A stretch of DNA of 63,895 nt, filler included, from Folioceros fuciformis (GCA_049999805.1; 20 parts of 20 records of this genome joined end to end with filler, not necessarily neighbours in it), one strand, 5' to 3'; positions 1 to 13,096 are shown, counted from the whole stretch's first letter. The notes: generated by a model from the letters alone, not told the origin. Program-made: numbers and translations.

Positions 1-2264
1 CCAGTGCCAGGATCTGCCTGCCTGGACTCCAGCAGCCGGGCCTCCGCGCTGCTGGGGCGCCTGCCCGCCCCTAGCAGCTGGCCCGCTCGCCAGCCGCTGC
101 AAACCGCTGGCCAGCTTGCTGGATCGCCAGCCAAATATCTGGCCAGACCCGCCAAGCACCTCGCTGGTCCCGTCCGATCATGGCCTGCCCAGCCGCCTGG
201 ACTTGGTCGTCACCCATCCGCCAGGTCGCCTTCTTGGCCTGACTGCTCCCCGGCTTGCAGCCAGCAAGCCCAATCGACTGGTTGGCCGCTGACGACCCGC
301 TCAGCTCCTGCCCCCCGACTCGAGGCCACCCGGGCCGATTCCTGCAAGCCAACTCGCCTGGATGAGGCCGAGGATCAGCTCGAGCCAACTTGGATCTCAG
401 CCGGCCGGCCTGGACGCTCCTTGGACACAGCATCACCCCCTTGACCATCCAGCCTGCACTACGCGGCTGCTGCTTGGCTGGATCTATCCGCAGGTCACCT
501 GCCAGCTGACTCCCCGCGCCGGCTGGACCAGTGCAACCAGCCTGCAAGCCGGCTCCTGCCCTCCACATCCGCCCAGGCTACCTGCTCGGTTCTGCCACCT
601 CCAGTCCACCCGTAGCCTGCAGCCCCGGCCAGTCCGGCCTCCCTCTAGCTCCAACCTCACTTAGGTCAACCCCAGTTGCCAGGCCGCCTCCGACGCGACC
701 TCCTGGCTGGCTAGATCCGCCAGCCACCCTTCGCCCAGCTGACTAGCCAGCCTCCTGCCCGGCTTGCCTTCCCCCTGGGTTTGGCTAGGCAGCCCGATCG
801 CAGCCCTTCTGCTACCTGTGGCCCGACTAGCCTGCTAGTAGCCAGCCAGCCCAGCTGGTCGAACAGTAACACACAGCCAGGCCAAACCCGGCCAGATCCT
901 TCTGGCCGGGCAACATCCTTCCAAGACCTTGCTTAGCTAGCCCTCCGGCTGGCTCCAGGGTCGGCCATCCAGCCCAATGGAATCCAGCACCGCCCCTGGC
1001 CGATCCGCCTCGACCTCATGTCCCAACCTGCCTCCAGCACTCACCTTCCGACCGGTTCCAAGCTAGCCAGCCGCTAGGCTTGTCCCCACCGCCCAGGAAT
1101 AGGCCTCTAGATTCCACCAACAGCCATCCTGCCCAGTTTGGCCGCACCAGGCTGGATCGGCCACCCACGGCTCGGCTCCAAAGTCGGGCAGCCAGGCCGC
1201 CATCGGGCCTGACTTGCGGGTCTGCCAACAGCCAGGCCATTATCACCCAGCCTGGCTGATGTGCCGCCATCCGCCCTTACCGAGTCGCCAGACACCCAAC
1301 CACCGGGATGCAGGGTTGGCCGGCCACAGCCCCAGCCAATTGCCCGGTCTTTGAATCTGGTCCTGGCCAGATCCGCCAGTCTGAGTGTCCGCCTGCCTCT
1401 TGTCGAGACCAGGCGGCCAGTGCCTTGATTCCACCGTGAATCCATCCTGGCCCGTTCCTGGAAGCCAAGCGGTCTTCCTGCTCTGCCTCGGCCAGTTCCC
1501 CCGGCCCAGATCCATGCCCAGCTTGGTTTCGAGCTCGATTTGCTCCCACCGGCCCAACTAGCTAGCTCTACATGCATAGCTGACCAACCTCACGCCGCCC
1601 TGACTCCGACTGCATCTCGCCGACCAGGCCCGTCCTCAACCCAGGTCAAGTCAGCCGATCAGTGTGGCTAGCCGAACAGTCGGCCCATTCCTGATCTGGC
1701 TATCCTCCTGCCTACTTACCCTTAGTCGACGCTCCCCCTGCCTGGCCATCTGGCTGGCTAGCTTTTCCTGAATCTGATGCTCCCACAACCTTAGGCCCTC
1801 CTTGCGTGACTGCCTGCTCTCATCAGCCTTCGGCTCACCTCCCATGACCCGTTCTAGGGTTCCTGTTTCTCTGTTACCTTATCCTGACCCGTTCTAGGGT
1901 TCCTGTTCCTATGTTACCTTATCCTGACCCGTTCTAGGGTTCCTGTTCCTCAGTTACCTCATCCTGACCCGTTCTAGGGTTCCTGTTCTTCTATTACCTC
2001 ATCCTGACCCGTTCTAGGGTTCCTGTTCCTCTGCTACCTTATCCTAACCCGTTCTAGGGTTCCTATTCCTCTGGTACCTTATCCTGAGGAACTGTAGCCC
2101 GTGTCTATCTACCACACACCCTCCTAGACCCTATTGACTCACCATTAATCTAGCTACTAATCTAACCTAATCTTCTCACCATTTCACTACAGGATTCACT
2201 CAGAGATTCCACAAAGAAAAATCCTACCATTTTCCAGGGACCTGTTCAGCATGTGGAGTCCACA
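1..2264. mobile_element. Partial long LTR (family A variant), GC-rich interior, terminus at 2264
   Basis: 2138-2264 is the reverse complement (about 90% identical by eye) of 3370-3497, the terminus of the TSD-flanked solo LTR. The interior is GC-rich with recurring CCAGCC/GGCTGG. The extent to position 1 is inferred. Confidence 0.6.
1845..2087. repeat. Tandem repeat, 6 x 40 bp
   Basis: Unit TGACCCGTTCTAGGGTTCCTGTTCCTCTGTTACCTTATCC starts at 1845, 1885, 1925, 1965, 2005 and 2045. Confidence 0.97.
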
Positions 2265-3369
2265 CCTAGCTACCGTGGTTCCCACTCTACGACTTTGGTT
2301 CCTACTCCATGACCGCGGTCACTGTCCTGCGAACGGTAGCGGTCTCCACGACCATGGTGGGACCCACCCAAAACTCTAACTAATATTCTCCAGTGCATGC
2401 GCAGCCGCAAGGTTCCGCCACGGGTTTCTGTCCCAAGGGCTTCTAGACTCATAGATCTGGGCTTATTAGATGCTCCTCCGCACATGCAAAACACACAAGA
2501 ACTCTGGTGTACACTTATTCCTCACAGGTTTGTCTCCAAGTGTCTTCAATCTCCCAGCAGCGTCCACAAATCTCCAGTGCTCTCTCAGCTACTCCCCACG
2601 ATTTACCTCAATCTCCACCAATCTCCCTCAAACGTCTCGAAGTTCCTCAGAAACTTTCCAGAAATCATACCCTAGCTTCCACAGTCGTTCACAATCAGCC
2701 AGCAAATTCTCAGCATTTTTCTTCAATTCTCCAGTAGTCACTCTGCGAGCCTTTTCTATTAGTGGCAGTTAGTTCTTCTCTCTTTCACTCCGCAACTCAC
2801 ACACCTCTTCTCTCACTCACGGCCTCAATCTTCTTCTTCTTCTCACACTTCAAACCCTCGTCTTCTCACACATGCATTTCAACACCCGATTCAAAACGCA
2901 GCCAACTGTTCAAGATAGAAGGGAAGGAGAAGCTCCCCTTCCACTCCACGCAACTGGCGGATTCGTTCTCCTCACCTCAGCTACAGACCACAGTCAGCCA
3001 TGCAGGGGATAAGGGAAAGATAAGTTCTCCTTCCACTCAGCACGGCGGGCCGATCCGTCCCCCTCACCACCCACCATAGAACACAACTAGCGATTCATGG
3101 AATAAGGGAAGGTGACCTTCCACTCAACAGGGAATTTGTTGATACGTCCCCCTCACCACTAGTTGCAGAGCAAAAAGATCTCGACCACCCCTAGGAGCGT
3201 CATGCACACACTACCCACCCAAACATCTCCAATCCAGCCATGGGCAACGCGGGGATCTCAACCAGGAAGCTGTCTCCAACATTTGCTAATTCGCTAGACC
3301 CAACAGGCCTCTTTGCACAACGCGTCCAAGGGGGGGTCGTAGCCACTATTAAGACTAGTCTTAAGCAGT

Positions 3370-4699
3370 TGTGGACTCCACATGTTGAATAGGTCCTTGG
3401 AAAATGGTAGGATTTCTCTTTTTGGGAATCTCTAAGTGAACCCTGTGGTGAAATGGTTAAAAGATTAGGTTAGATTAGTAGCTAGATTAATGGTGAGGCG
3501 AGACGCATCTTTGAAGGGTTGCTGGAATGATCTGAGAGAAGGGATGGAATGATTTGAGAGAGGAGGGAGAGTGTTGAGAGGCACTGACCATTTTGGTAGT
3601 CTTGAGAGGTTGATCAATTTTGGTAAGGGCACCCAATGGTGTCCATGGGACACAACCCCTATTAGGTCAAGACTAGGTTTGGGTCAAAGTTAGGGTTAGG
3701 TCAGAGTTAGGTTTAGGTTAGAATTAGGGGCGGCTTAGGTCAAAGAGAGATTGCTGGGTGGTTGACTGAGGCTAACCCTAATAAATAGAGATGGAGGTTT
3801 GGGCCAAGGTAGTATAAGAGGCTAGACCTGCCATTGAGGAGGGGGCTGTCTGCGGTGCGATTTCCCTGGACCTTGGGTTCAGAACTCCTGGCTTAGGGCG
3901 CTGAGTTGGTGGAGACTAAACCAAGGTCCTGATTTCCCTTGCCACTAGGGGAACGTGGAGGATCCCAAGACTGCCAAGATTCGTGTGGCCGGATCCGCAA
4001 TGGCTGACCACCTTGCATGCTGGCTGAGGTGAGGTTGCAGGGCCGTGAGCCAAGGAGGCTACCCAGCCCTAGGCCTCGCCTCTGCCTTGAAGGCTGCAAG
4101 AGGGAAGGCTGTTGTGTTCCAAATTGCAGGAGAGAAGGGTTGAGTTGTAGATTTTGGAAGTGGAAGTGTCGAAGTGAGGAGTTGAGCTGAAGTGAGGGGC
4201 TGGAGGGTGAAGTGAAGTGCTGAAGTGAAGGACTGAAGTGCTCAAGTGAAGGACTGAAATACTGGAGTGAAGTGCTGAAGTGGTGGAATGAAGTGTTGAA
4301 GCTGGAGTGAGGAGCTAGCTGAAGTTGAGGTTCTCGTTCAACTGCGGAGGTAGTTAGCACTAGGTGCTGAGAATTGGAGGCCAGACTTGGGGCTGGAGCC
4401 TCCTCTCAGCACTGAAGTGATTGATACTTGGAGCTGGAAACGAGGGCTGAAGACAATGCTAGAGTTCTCATTTTGTTAAGGCTAGGGTTGGTGTTGTGGT
4501 GGGAGCCGAAGACAGGACCAAGAATTCTGATCTATTGCTGTAGCACTAGGTATATGCTGATAGATAGGGTGAGATTAGAAGGATGTAGGTAACCTTGACA
4601 TTAGTTCACTCCCTTGGGAGCGAATCATAAGACTGCAACGATAATAAGGGGAAGTGTGGCCCCTTGGTGGTTCTTGGGTGTGCAAGAAATCACTCCACA
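3370..4699. mobile_element. Solo LTR (family A), 1330 bp, 5-bp TSD GCAGT
   Basis: Starts TGTGGA and ends TCCACA. GCAGT lies at 3365-3369 and 4700-4704. The right terminus recurs at 8476-8520 and the left terminus recurs inverted at 2138-2264. Internal degenerate GAAGTG repeats at about 4155-4330. Confidence 0.92.
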
Positions 4700-4829
4700 G
4701 CAGTCAAGCGCTCTTAATTGGGAGCGGCATCAAGTCCAAGAAAGCATCTTCAGCAGATCTTAACTAAATATTATTTTAAGACGCAATGAATTCTGGCCTA
4801 TCTTATCACCGTGCTTGTCTCCTATCTGT

Positions 4830-7270
4830 CCTTCACGTTCTCCTTCCTCGGCCACCAAATCTCTGAGCTCTCCTCTCTCTTCGCTAGTCAGTTAGATCCT
4901 CTCATAAAACCTCCGCCTCACTCTCACTGTCGCCTAACTTCTCCTGTTGAGGCGTAGGTGGGGTCTGCTGGGGGGTCCTTCCCCTTCCTTCCGGTCGTCT
5001 GTTGCTAAGGACTATTACAGGTTCTTGCTCCATCCAGGCCTACACTTCCTCTTCTGTGAGTTCCTCCAGGACCACCTCTGAGTAATAGGGAGTCAGCCCC
5101 CATACCCGGAAGCAATGGGAGAAGCATCCCCTGCAGGTCCTCAGTTGCAGGCAATAGGCCCTGGTTCCTCCTATTTCCACATGCACAGGGATAGTAAGGT
5201 TAAGTACACGGTCCCCATTCACATAAAGGCCATGAATATAAGATTCCTCATCCAGGTGCTGTAATACAATCTAGCCTCCCATGGGCTACCCCTAACTATC
5301 TGTCTTCTGCTCTCTAAGGGTGCTGGGGACCTCTGTTCCTGATTGCCATTGTCTCCAATCCGGTCCTCCTGGTGCGGGTGGTCATTCCAACTACCCCGGT
5401 TGCGGGTTCCGCGACTGTTGTTGCTTCTTCAACATTAGTGGGGCTTTCCCCTACCGGGGTGGTTTCTCTCTGACCGGTAGCAGCTTTTGCTACCTCGGTC
5501 GTGGGCCTTCTGCTCCGTTTGACCTTCCCTTTCCCTTTAACTTGGCTCCGGGCCTCATCCCGTTTCCGTTTGTAACGGTCTGCGAGCTTCTGGACCTTCT
5601 CCACTGCATCCGTTTCCTGCTCCTGCGCCCTCAACAATTCTTGTTGCATTTCTTGATTTGCTTCGTGGACCTCTTTGACTTGAGTTAGGAGCAGTTCCTG
5701 CTGATCCTTCATTGCCTGTACTTCTTCCCGAGCCCAGCATACTTTCTCCTGCGCCTCCACCTTTGTTGCACTCAGGGCCTGTTGGGCTTCCTCCAATTGT
5801 TCCCGCCTCACTTCCGCTTCAGACAGCTTGGCTTGCACCTCCTCTTCTCTCTATCCCTGCATGCTCAACCAAGTGAGCGCAGTGCAGCTTGATCCAGCAT
5901 ATCCACCTACTCACGGACCATGGCTGGTGTCAGGCCCGGCAAATCCACATGTTGAGGGGCGCCTCCCGTAGCCATTCCTCTGTCCAAAATTCCCTTTCCC
6001 AATAGGGTGCAGACCCTTGCCAATTCTTCTACTTGTAGATTCGCCACCAAAGGGGTGCCCTTGAAGATCTCTTCCCACCCTCGAAAGAGTTCAGTCATCG
6101 GAGTCAACCCTAATTTCCTTGCCACCTCAGCAAGTTTTTCTTCCACAGCTGGCGTCGATTCATTGGGTTCAGCTAAGGAAGTGGCCGACTCCTTGGCCCC
6201 TGTTCTCCTGTCAGACTCCTGCAGCGCCAAATTCGCCGCGGACCTAGTGACGCGCGTGCTCACTTTCTTCCTCTTCGCGAGAGTCTTCCTCCCGGCTCCT
6301 GCCTTCCATTTTTTGATGGCCGGAACCTCTTCTTCCGAGCTTCTTGTCGCCCCCAACTCCTAGCTACTGGACTCTGCCTCCTCCTTGGGCTCCTCTAGCT
6401 TCCACTTGATCTCTTTGACAGGCTTCCATATATGCAGAGAAGCCACAATATCCAGCTCTGGCAAACTGTTAGCATGAGAATACAAATGAACTAAAAAGGG
6501 TGAAATCAGAGACAGACAGGGGTTGGGAGAGGTCAAGTTCTGCTTCTCTTCATTCCGCCGATCGAAAATGATTTTTCCCAGCCAATCCTGCTTCCCTTGA
6601 CGACCGCATGCAGGAATAGCAGCACGTGATCCGACGAATAGTCTTGTTCCTGTGCTGCAAAAAACATAAGAGCCATTCAGCCAAACCCATGAGCTGGGTG
6701 GACGCCATCTCCCGTGCCAACCAGCCATTGGCCTCCCTTCCTATTCCTGACTTATTCCTGTGCTGCACTTCCACAAGGACTCGATCACAAGTCTGCCAAC
6801 CTCTTCCTTGCTCCACCCATACACCGCCCTGACTAGCTCCACGTCCCAGTCCTGGGGTCTCCCCCTGGTGCCTTCCACTTGCGTCCTACTTTGCAGCTGC
6901 TGTGCACACTCCTGTACGAGGACGGCGGTCACATGGTTCCATTGCTTCGCCATGAACCCAAGTCCCAACTCCTCTACCAGCCCTCCTGCCCGGGCCTTCC
7001 AGTGGTCCATGTTGGGCTAGAGTGCTACCTCCACCTGTGGCAAGTGCTTTGGTGCAACGTCCCTATACAATTCCACTAGCGTCAGATCAGTCGTCGTTCC
7101 GTCCATCCTCTTTTGCTCCAAGGTCCACTTGGGCGCCGCCACCAATCCTGGTACCATAGCACTCCGCACTCCATCGGGCTTGTCAAGGAAATCACCATGC
7201 CCACGCTCCTCTTCTGACTAGTGCGCCTGTTTGTACGCTGCTCTGTCATGCTTCAAGAAGTCTGGCCCTT
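4830..7270 (-). pseudogene. Decayed retroelement accessory ORF (conserved N-terminal domain, basic region, coiled coil)
   Basis: Pieces 6741-7010, 6550-6816, 6360-6728, 5907-6356 and 5314-5838 join through frameshifts and stops. They align with 47155-48114 (HWKARAGGLVEELGLGF vs HWRVRAGGLVGELGLGF; NGWLAREMASTQLMGLAEW vs DGWLVRDMANPQLMGLAKW). Ends are approximate. Confidence 0.75.
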
Positions 7271-8375
7271 CAACATTTGAACTTAACCCTAGACATCTCC
7301 AGACATACATATATATTCTATATATTTAGCATGCATTCATGTATATATGGGGTGACCAGCCCCTATATGATATACGCGTATATTCTTGCAACAGTGCACA
7401 TGGATGCCTCCCCTTGAGTGCTTTCTCCCCATCGTGCACACCAAGCCTACTGGTCATCCTACCACTCTTTGGTGGTTTACTACACACGAGATCGACGAAA
7501 GGAGTAGATGTCCTCTACTCCTCCTCCCTCGATGTGAGTTCAGTGATCACGCTTATATTTCTTGGATGCCTCCCCTTGGGTGCTTCCTCCCCATTGTGCA
7601 TGCCAAGGCTACTGGTCATCCTACCACCCTTTGGTGGTTAACTGCACATGAGATCGACGAAAGGAATAGCTGTCATCTACTCCTCCTCCCTCGCTGCGAC
7701 ACCTTCACAACAAGTTTTAAGATGTTAGTCTGATGATGCTCCGTGTCACTCCATCACAACGCTTTCTTATGCAATACCATTTACAAACGTTATTTAATGA
7801 CACAGAATCTTTGATTCAATTGTTCAATTCGCTACAAGCTTTTCGATTACAATTGCACATTGAAGACACTTAGTGCATTCCTGCTTCTCAAGCTTTCTAA
7901 GCGAACTATCAAAAGAATGTTTGATCATTCTTTCCTCATCCCTATATACCTACACCATTTCGTTACCAACCACCTAGACGTTCATTCCTAAACTGTTATC
8001 AATTATCCACAAAGCAAACCACCAAGAACCACACTCTCCAGCCGAACGGTTCCTTCGTGAGAACTTTTGCTTGCCAACTGTCTTTTTAGTCAAAACGTAA
8101 GGGATTTACCCTATCTGCAAGCGTATTTATCTTAAGTAAATAGCTTACGCAGTCACGACCTGCACAAAAAGTTCTCATAGATGCCAAACTCTAATAGACT
8201 TTCTAAGTCATGATAGCTCCCTGCCCGCCAAGTTCGCTCCTTGACGCCGCTCCCGTTGTGGTTGTGCTCCACTTTGAAAATACCCCGGGACACTTGGGTC
8301 CCTACTTAGGGTTTCCATTCGTCCGTGATGCTTTGGGTTCCACTACCACTCCTGGATCTCCACTACCTATTGCTC

Positions 8376-8475
8376 NNNNNNNNNNNNNNNNNNNNNNNNN
8401 NNNNNNNNNNNNNNNNNNNTTAATTAATTAANNNNNNNNNNNNNNNNNNNNNNNNNNNNNNNNNNNNNNNNNNNN
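8376..8475. other. Artificial contig spacer N44-TTAATTAATTAA-N44 (first of 19)
   Basis: Identical 100-bp spacers start at 8376, 11821, 13908, 27258, 29679, 43227, 44574, 45784, 46962, 48158, 51564, 52850, 54412, 55690, 57463, 59044, 60302, 61471 and 62586. The 12-mer has stops in all six frames. Confidence 0.98.
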
Positions 8476-8520
8476 AAGTGTGGCCCCTTGGTGGTTCTTG
8501 GGTGCAAGTTTCACTCCACA
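8476..8520. mobile_element. Family A LTR right terminus nested in a Copia element
   Basis: AAGTGTGGCCCCTTGGTGGTTCTTGGGTG...CACTCCACA matches 4652-4699 and abuts Copia sequence (CATCCTT...). Confidence 0.88.
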
Positions 8521-10144
8521 CATCCTTCAGTACGAATGAAGACCCATTGTCAAACTTCAGCTGCACATCACAAACGCCTACAATCTCGCATACGTAGTTA
8601 TTTCCAAGCCGAACACATTCTTTCCTAGTAGCATCATAGGTGCTAAACCACTCCCTATGCGGAGTAACATAGAAAGATGTTCTAGAGTCAATTATCCAAT
8701 TAGAGAATAAGTGACTCCCCACAGCTGTCAGTTGTGCAGAATCGAAGGAAGAAGAGATAAGAATATCTCCATCGTCAACAAAATTCACTTCATCAGGCTT
8801 GATACTCGAGCTTGCCTTGTTGTCGCTCTTCTTCTTCTCCTTTCCTTTGTTCTTCTTGAACTTCTCGCAGTCTCTTCTGATGTGACCCTTCTTGTGACAA
8901 TGGTAACACTCAACATTGTTACGTCTACGAGATTTGCTACGGGAAAGACTTTGCTCTTTGTACTTCCCCTTTGAAGTGGACCTTCCTCTCACCATGAGGG
9001 CACTGGAACCTTTCGAAGGTTCCATATTCTTTCTGTTCACCTCCTCTGTTAATAGGCTACCTTCTATATTTACAACGGTAAGACCACTAGCAGGAGCGGA
9101 ATTACTCAAAGCGGTACGAAAAGTGTCCCAACTCTCTAGTAACGTGACCTATAGAAACATAGCTCTCACGGAATCTGGGAACGAGATACCTTGAGATGAG
9201 AGCTGGCTGAAAATGGTATTGAACTCGTTCAGATGATCGGACATCCTCGTCCCTTCCTTCATCTTCAAGTCCACCAGCTATTTCAACCAATACACCTGAG
9301 AAGCCGCACTTTGCTTCTCATACAGGTCACACAACTTCTGCCATAGCTCATAAGTTATGGTCTTGTCTTTCACATTGAAGTAGACCGACTTCAACAATGT
9401 TAGCATGATGGTAGACCTAGCAAGCTCATCTAGATCCTGCCACTCATCTTGAGTCATGCTAACAGGTTTCACTCCTAGCAACTTTATGAGCTTGATCTGC
9501 TTCTTCTGCACTAGAACATCATACACTTGTTCTTTCCAGAACGGGAAGTTAGTACCATCTAACTTCTCAATATTGAACATGACGTTTTCTGAGGACGTCA
9601 TGTTTCAAAATCGATGCAAATCAAGCAAAAGGCTAGTTAGAAAATGGTCGAAGTGTAATGTAGATTATAAAAGCTACCCTCACAACTTGTTCCGAATCGG
9701 TTGTCCACAATTCAGGCCTCGGTTGCTCACGATTGCAGACCTGTCGTCCGATCGAAATTTGGCCGCCCACGGCTTTCGATTGATTTCAGCGCCTCGCAGC
9801 CGGATTGATTCGGTGCCCGAGGCGCCCGTGTCTATGCCCGCGTCGCTCCCGTCACCCGCGGCGTTCGTGCTCCGGCCCTCCAGCGTTCGTGCTCCAGCCC
9901 TCCGGCGTCCGCGATGCCCGTGTCGCCCACTAGCCCGCTAGTCACATGCCCGTCCCTTGCTCCTGGCGCCCAGGCCTGGCGTGTGCGCTCGCGCCCGAGG
10001 TGCCCGAGTGCCTAGCGCCCTCCGCACACCGGCGCCCTCCGTGCTCAAGCGCCTTGTGCCTCCGGCGCCTCTCCTAGATGCCCTTCCTCAGGGCCTTGCC
10101 TGTCCGCATCACCTAGAGCCATCACCATCTTGCTCCATACCCAA

Positions 10145-10156
10145 GCTCTGATACCA
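10145..10156 (-). promoter_or_regulatory. Primer-binding site complementary to initiator tRNA-Met
   Basis: Minus strand TGGTATCAGAGC, 2 nt downstream of the LTR end (...CCTTCA). Confidence 0.95.
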
Positions 10157-10158
10157 GT

Positions 10159-10352
10159 TGAAGGATCACTAGAGGAGCCACATGGTGAAGGAGGAAAGGA
10201 GGAAGCAAGAAGGAGAGGAGAAAGAGAGGTCACATTCTCAGACAGAGTCTCTGTTGCAAGAGAGCTCAAGGGGGGTATTTATACCCTCTAGAAAAGCTCC
10301 CAAGGAAGCTTCACAAGAAGTGCACATGAAGCTGTGCAAGAAGCTTCTTACA
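10159..10352 (-). repeat. Copia 5' LTR (~194 bp)
   Basis: Minus strand TGTAAG...TATAAATA...CCTTCA. Partial copies lie at 46824-46961 and 62037-62172. The 5' end at 10352 is inferred from the TG terminus. Confidence 0.85.
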
Positions 10353-11920
10353 TGTTAGCTTAAGCTAATATAAACTAATGATACTTAATTAGACACTAAT
10401 CTTAGACTAAACACATTAGACTAAGCACATTGGGCTTTAATAACCCTACGAAAAGGGACCTAGGCAAGGGCTAAGGATAGTACATTTGAGTTGAGTTCAG
10501 TATCTCCTCAAATCCTTGAGAGCATGAGGTGCTTGGGCTACGCCTTGAGACCATGTGTTGCTTAGGATGTGAGCACATGAGCGGTGTGCTGTGAAGAGCT
10601 TGTGGAGGAGGTCAAGAAAAGGGAGAACTAAGCTCCTAACTTAGGCAAAGATAGGGAGTTCTCTCTAACCTTCTAGCTTTGTATGTTCTTGTTGACTTGT
10701 GGTTTTGAAATAAAGAGAAGCGGCAAGGATGCTGGCTGCGAGTCTTCCTAGAAGAGGAGGGTGGGCTACTTGAAGGCCTAGTATTATGTCTAATGTTTAA
10801 TTACTAACTCTTCTTTTAATTCTAATTGCATGGCTTTGGTCCACCTCGTTGAATGGAATGTTACTTGGTCTTTATGCTTTCTACTCGAATGACTTGATTG
10901 ATTTTCATGCCTTCTATTCTATTGATATCTGTACTTCTATTTAGCCAATCTAATGCCTATTCAATATCTTCTATTTGATCTTCTACATGTAAGAATGGAA
11001 TTTGTATTATCAATTATCTCTTTCTTCATAGTATATAAAATTTTGATATCCTGAGATTAAAAGATTATTTCTATATAAATTATAGGAACAAGCAATAAAA
11101 ATAGAATAAGAAAAAAGTAAGATTTTATTAAAAATATTTTATAATTATATATTATAAAATTAACTAATGATGTAAACACCTTATCCATGTTAGAAACACA
11201 CAAAAGAGCAAAAACCATCTATGTGAACAAATCTGGTTTATTAATTGCACCAACTATCATTAACATTTGTTCATACATATATCTTTATAGTAACTCTATA
11301 TATATACATGTATATATACTTGTCTTTCTAAGGAAAGGAATCTTAATTGCATATGTTTATAAATGTGAGTTAAACATGGCAATGGGCAGACAAAACATTC
11401 CCAATTCATGTTATAGCCAAACTATGTATTGAACATCTATAAGCGAGTATAGAAATTTTATTTATAATGTGGAAACCCTAGTACCTCTATGTAAAGTTCT
11501 ATCTTGTGGTCACATAATTAGTGTAATCTTGAAACAAGTAGAATCATTCTAGTAGCATATAATAGCAATTCCAATCCGGTAGCAGAGTGGCAGCCTGCCC
11601 CCCCCCACAGTGGGCAGGGCAAATTGGGTATGGGAGGGAGAAGGGAAGGAGGGGGAGCAATGGGAGATCAAGAGCATGAAGAACGTGCCAGGTAAGGGGG
11701 ATGAATTCGGGAGTAGGGGACAGGTCGCGACGGGGCGCCGACAGGAAGTTGGTGGCCGCACCGGGGCTGATTTTGGAGCCTAAGTCCATAGCCCGTGGCT
11801 GGACCTGCACAGCGCACGTCNNNNNNNNNNNNNNNNNNNNNNNNNNNNNNNNNNNNNNNNNNNNTTAATTAATTAANNNNNNNNNNNNNNNNNNNNNNNN
11901 NNNNNNNNNNNNNNNNNNNN

Positions 11921-12490
11921 TGAAGAACTGCCTTTGGACAGTGTGAGGCAAACTGTCAAAGCTGTAGCACTACTGCTACGCTGCTATGAGGTACTATTGG
12001 AGCCAGCTGAGGTCTTCTTCTCCTTTGAGATAGTGTGAACCTCCTACTTGGCCTCCTTCTTAGGCTCACCAGCCTTCTTCTTGCAGCAGTCTCGTTCCCA
12101 GTGCCTTGGAATCTGGCACCAGTGACAGGTACCTTATCGTTTAGTAGAGGAAGTTGGAGTCGAGCTTGAGTCGTTGAACTGCTGCTTCTTCGCTCCTCTA
12201 TCTTTCCCCTTCCAAGGACCTTTAGCTTTGGCATAGAGGACTTTGTCACCTCGCTGACAATGGCCTGACCTGCCATTGCTTTGGCTTTGCTCCTCTTGCA
12301 AGAGAGCACCAATTACCTCATTGATGTTGACAGCAGCAGATTGACCAGCAGCCACAGCCTTATAGGAGTCTCGCAAAGCAGAGTTCTGACTGGAGACAAA
12401 GGTCTGGTAAGATGATGGAAGGCTGGCCAAGAGTTGAGCACTGGTTTCCAGATCAGACATCTTGCTCCCTAATGCAGCTAGCTAAGCCCG
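11921..12490 (-). pseudogene. Copia gag fragment (second family)
   Basis: LLASLPSSYQTF...EVIGALLQEE (UBN2/gag-like), followed by zinc knuckle CHWCQIPRHWERDC near 12090-12130. Confidence 0.8.
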
Positions 12491-12509
12491 TAGGGTTTAG
12501 GGTTTAGGG
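12491..12509 (+). repeat. Short interstitial plant telomeric tract
   Basis: TAGGGTTTAGGGTTTAGGG. Similar tracts at 26884-26898, 27866-27888, about 50060 and 61922-61937. Confidence 0.85.
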
Positions 12510-13096
12510 TGATGGCAGGTGATGTGTACCTGCCATTGTGTTCCCTACACCAAAACTTGGTATAGATGGGGAGGCTGAATAGAGCCAAGAGAGCACATCT
12601 ACATTAGAGTCACTATCGCTATCTACTGGGGATCTCAGCATATTAGTGACAGCAAGAGATGCGAGGAGGCCATCCCAGACTTAAACAGGTACGTTAAAAT
12701 AGAAGTTAGGTCATAATTGAATTCGAAGGTATCCTGAACCCTAATTTTAAATTCCATGACAACTAACTAATAACTGCCTATACCTTTCAGCTAAAGGCAA
12801 AGGGGAAAACCTATGTGCCTCTAGAGCATAAAACTAACTGTCACTCACACTCACGTCACTTGGAATATGCCTCTAATAGCCTCCAATGTCTGGCGCAGAA
12901 AGAACAAGCTGTGAAGATCTTCGAGTTGATGAGTCAATGGGATACTGATCCAACATCCTCCTGTACTAGAGAGATATCAGTTGGAATCAGCGTTGGCATG
13001 TAGAGAGCAGCAGTTCGTGGACGAGCAGAGAGTGAAGATGCATCTTTAGTAGCTCTAATACGAGAAGAGATCATTGTTGAAAGCTGCTGACGTGCC

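Larger units (their letters stand above)
8521..10352 (-). mobile_element. Ty1/Copia (Tnt1-like) 5' half: LTR, PBS, GC-rich leader, gag, protease
   Basis: gag begins MTSSENVMFNIEKLDGTNFPFWK (9601). Zinc knuckle CYHCHKKGHIRRDC. Degenerate protease WIIDSRTS. In-frame stops present. Confidence 0.95.

Noticed and set aside
4-1845. Many overlapping Pro/Ala/Gly/Trp-rich ORFs
   Set aside because: Expected in GC-rich low-complexity DNA; no domain motifs, and both strands are open.
3893-4360. 155-aa ORF with SPSLQHF repeats
   Set aside because: Translation of the GAAGTG/21-bp repeats inside solo LTR A; no other coding evidence.
8420-8431. Recurring TTAATTAATTAA as a biological motif
   Set aside because: Always centred in N44 flanks; an assembly linker.
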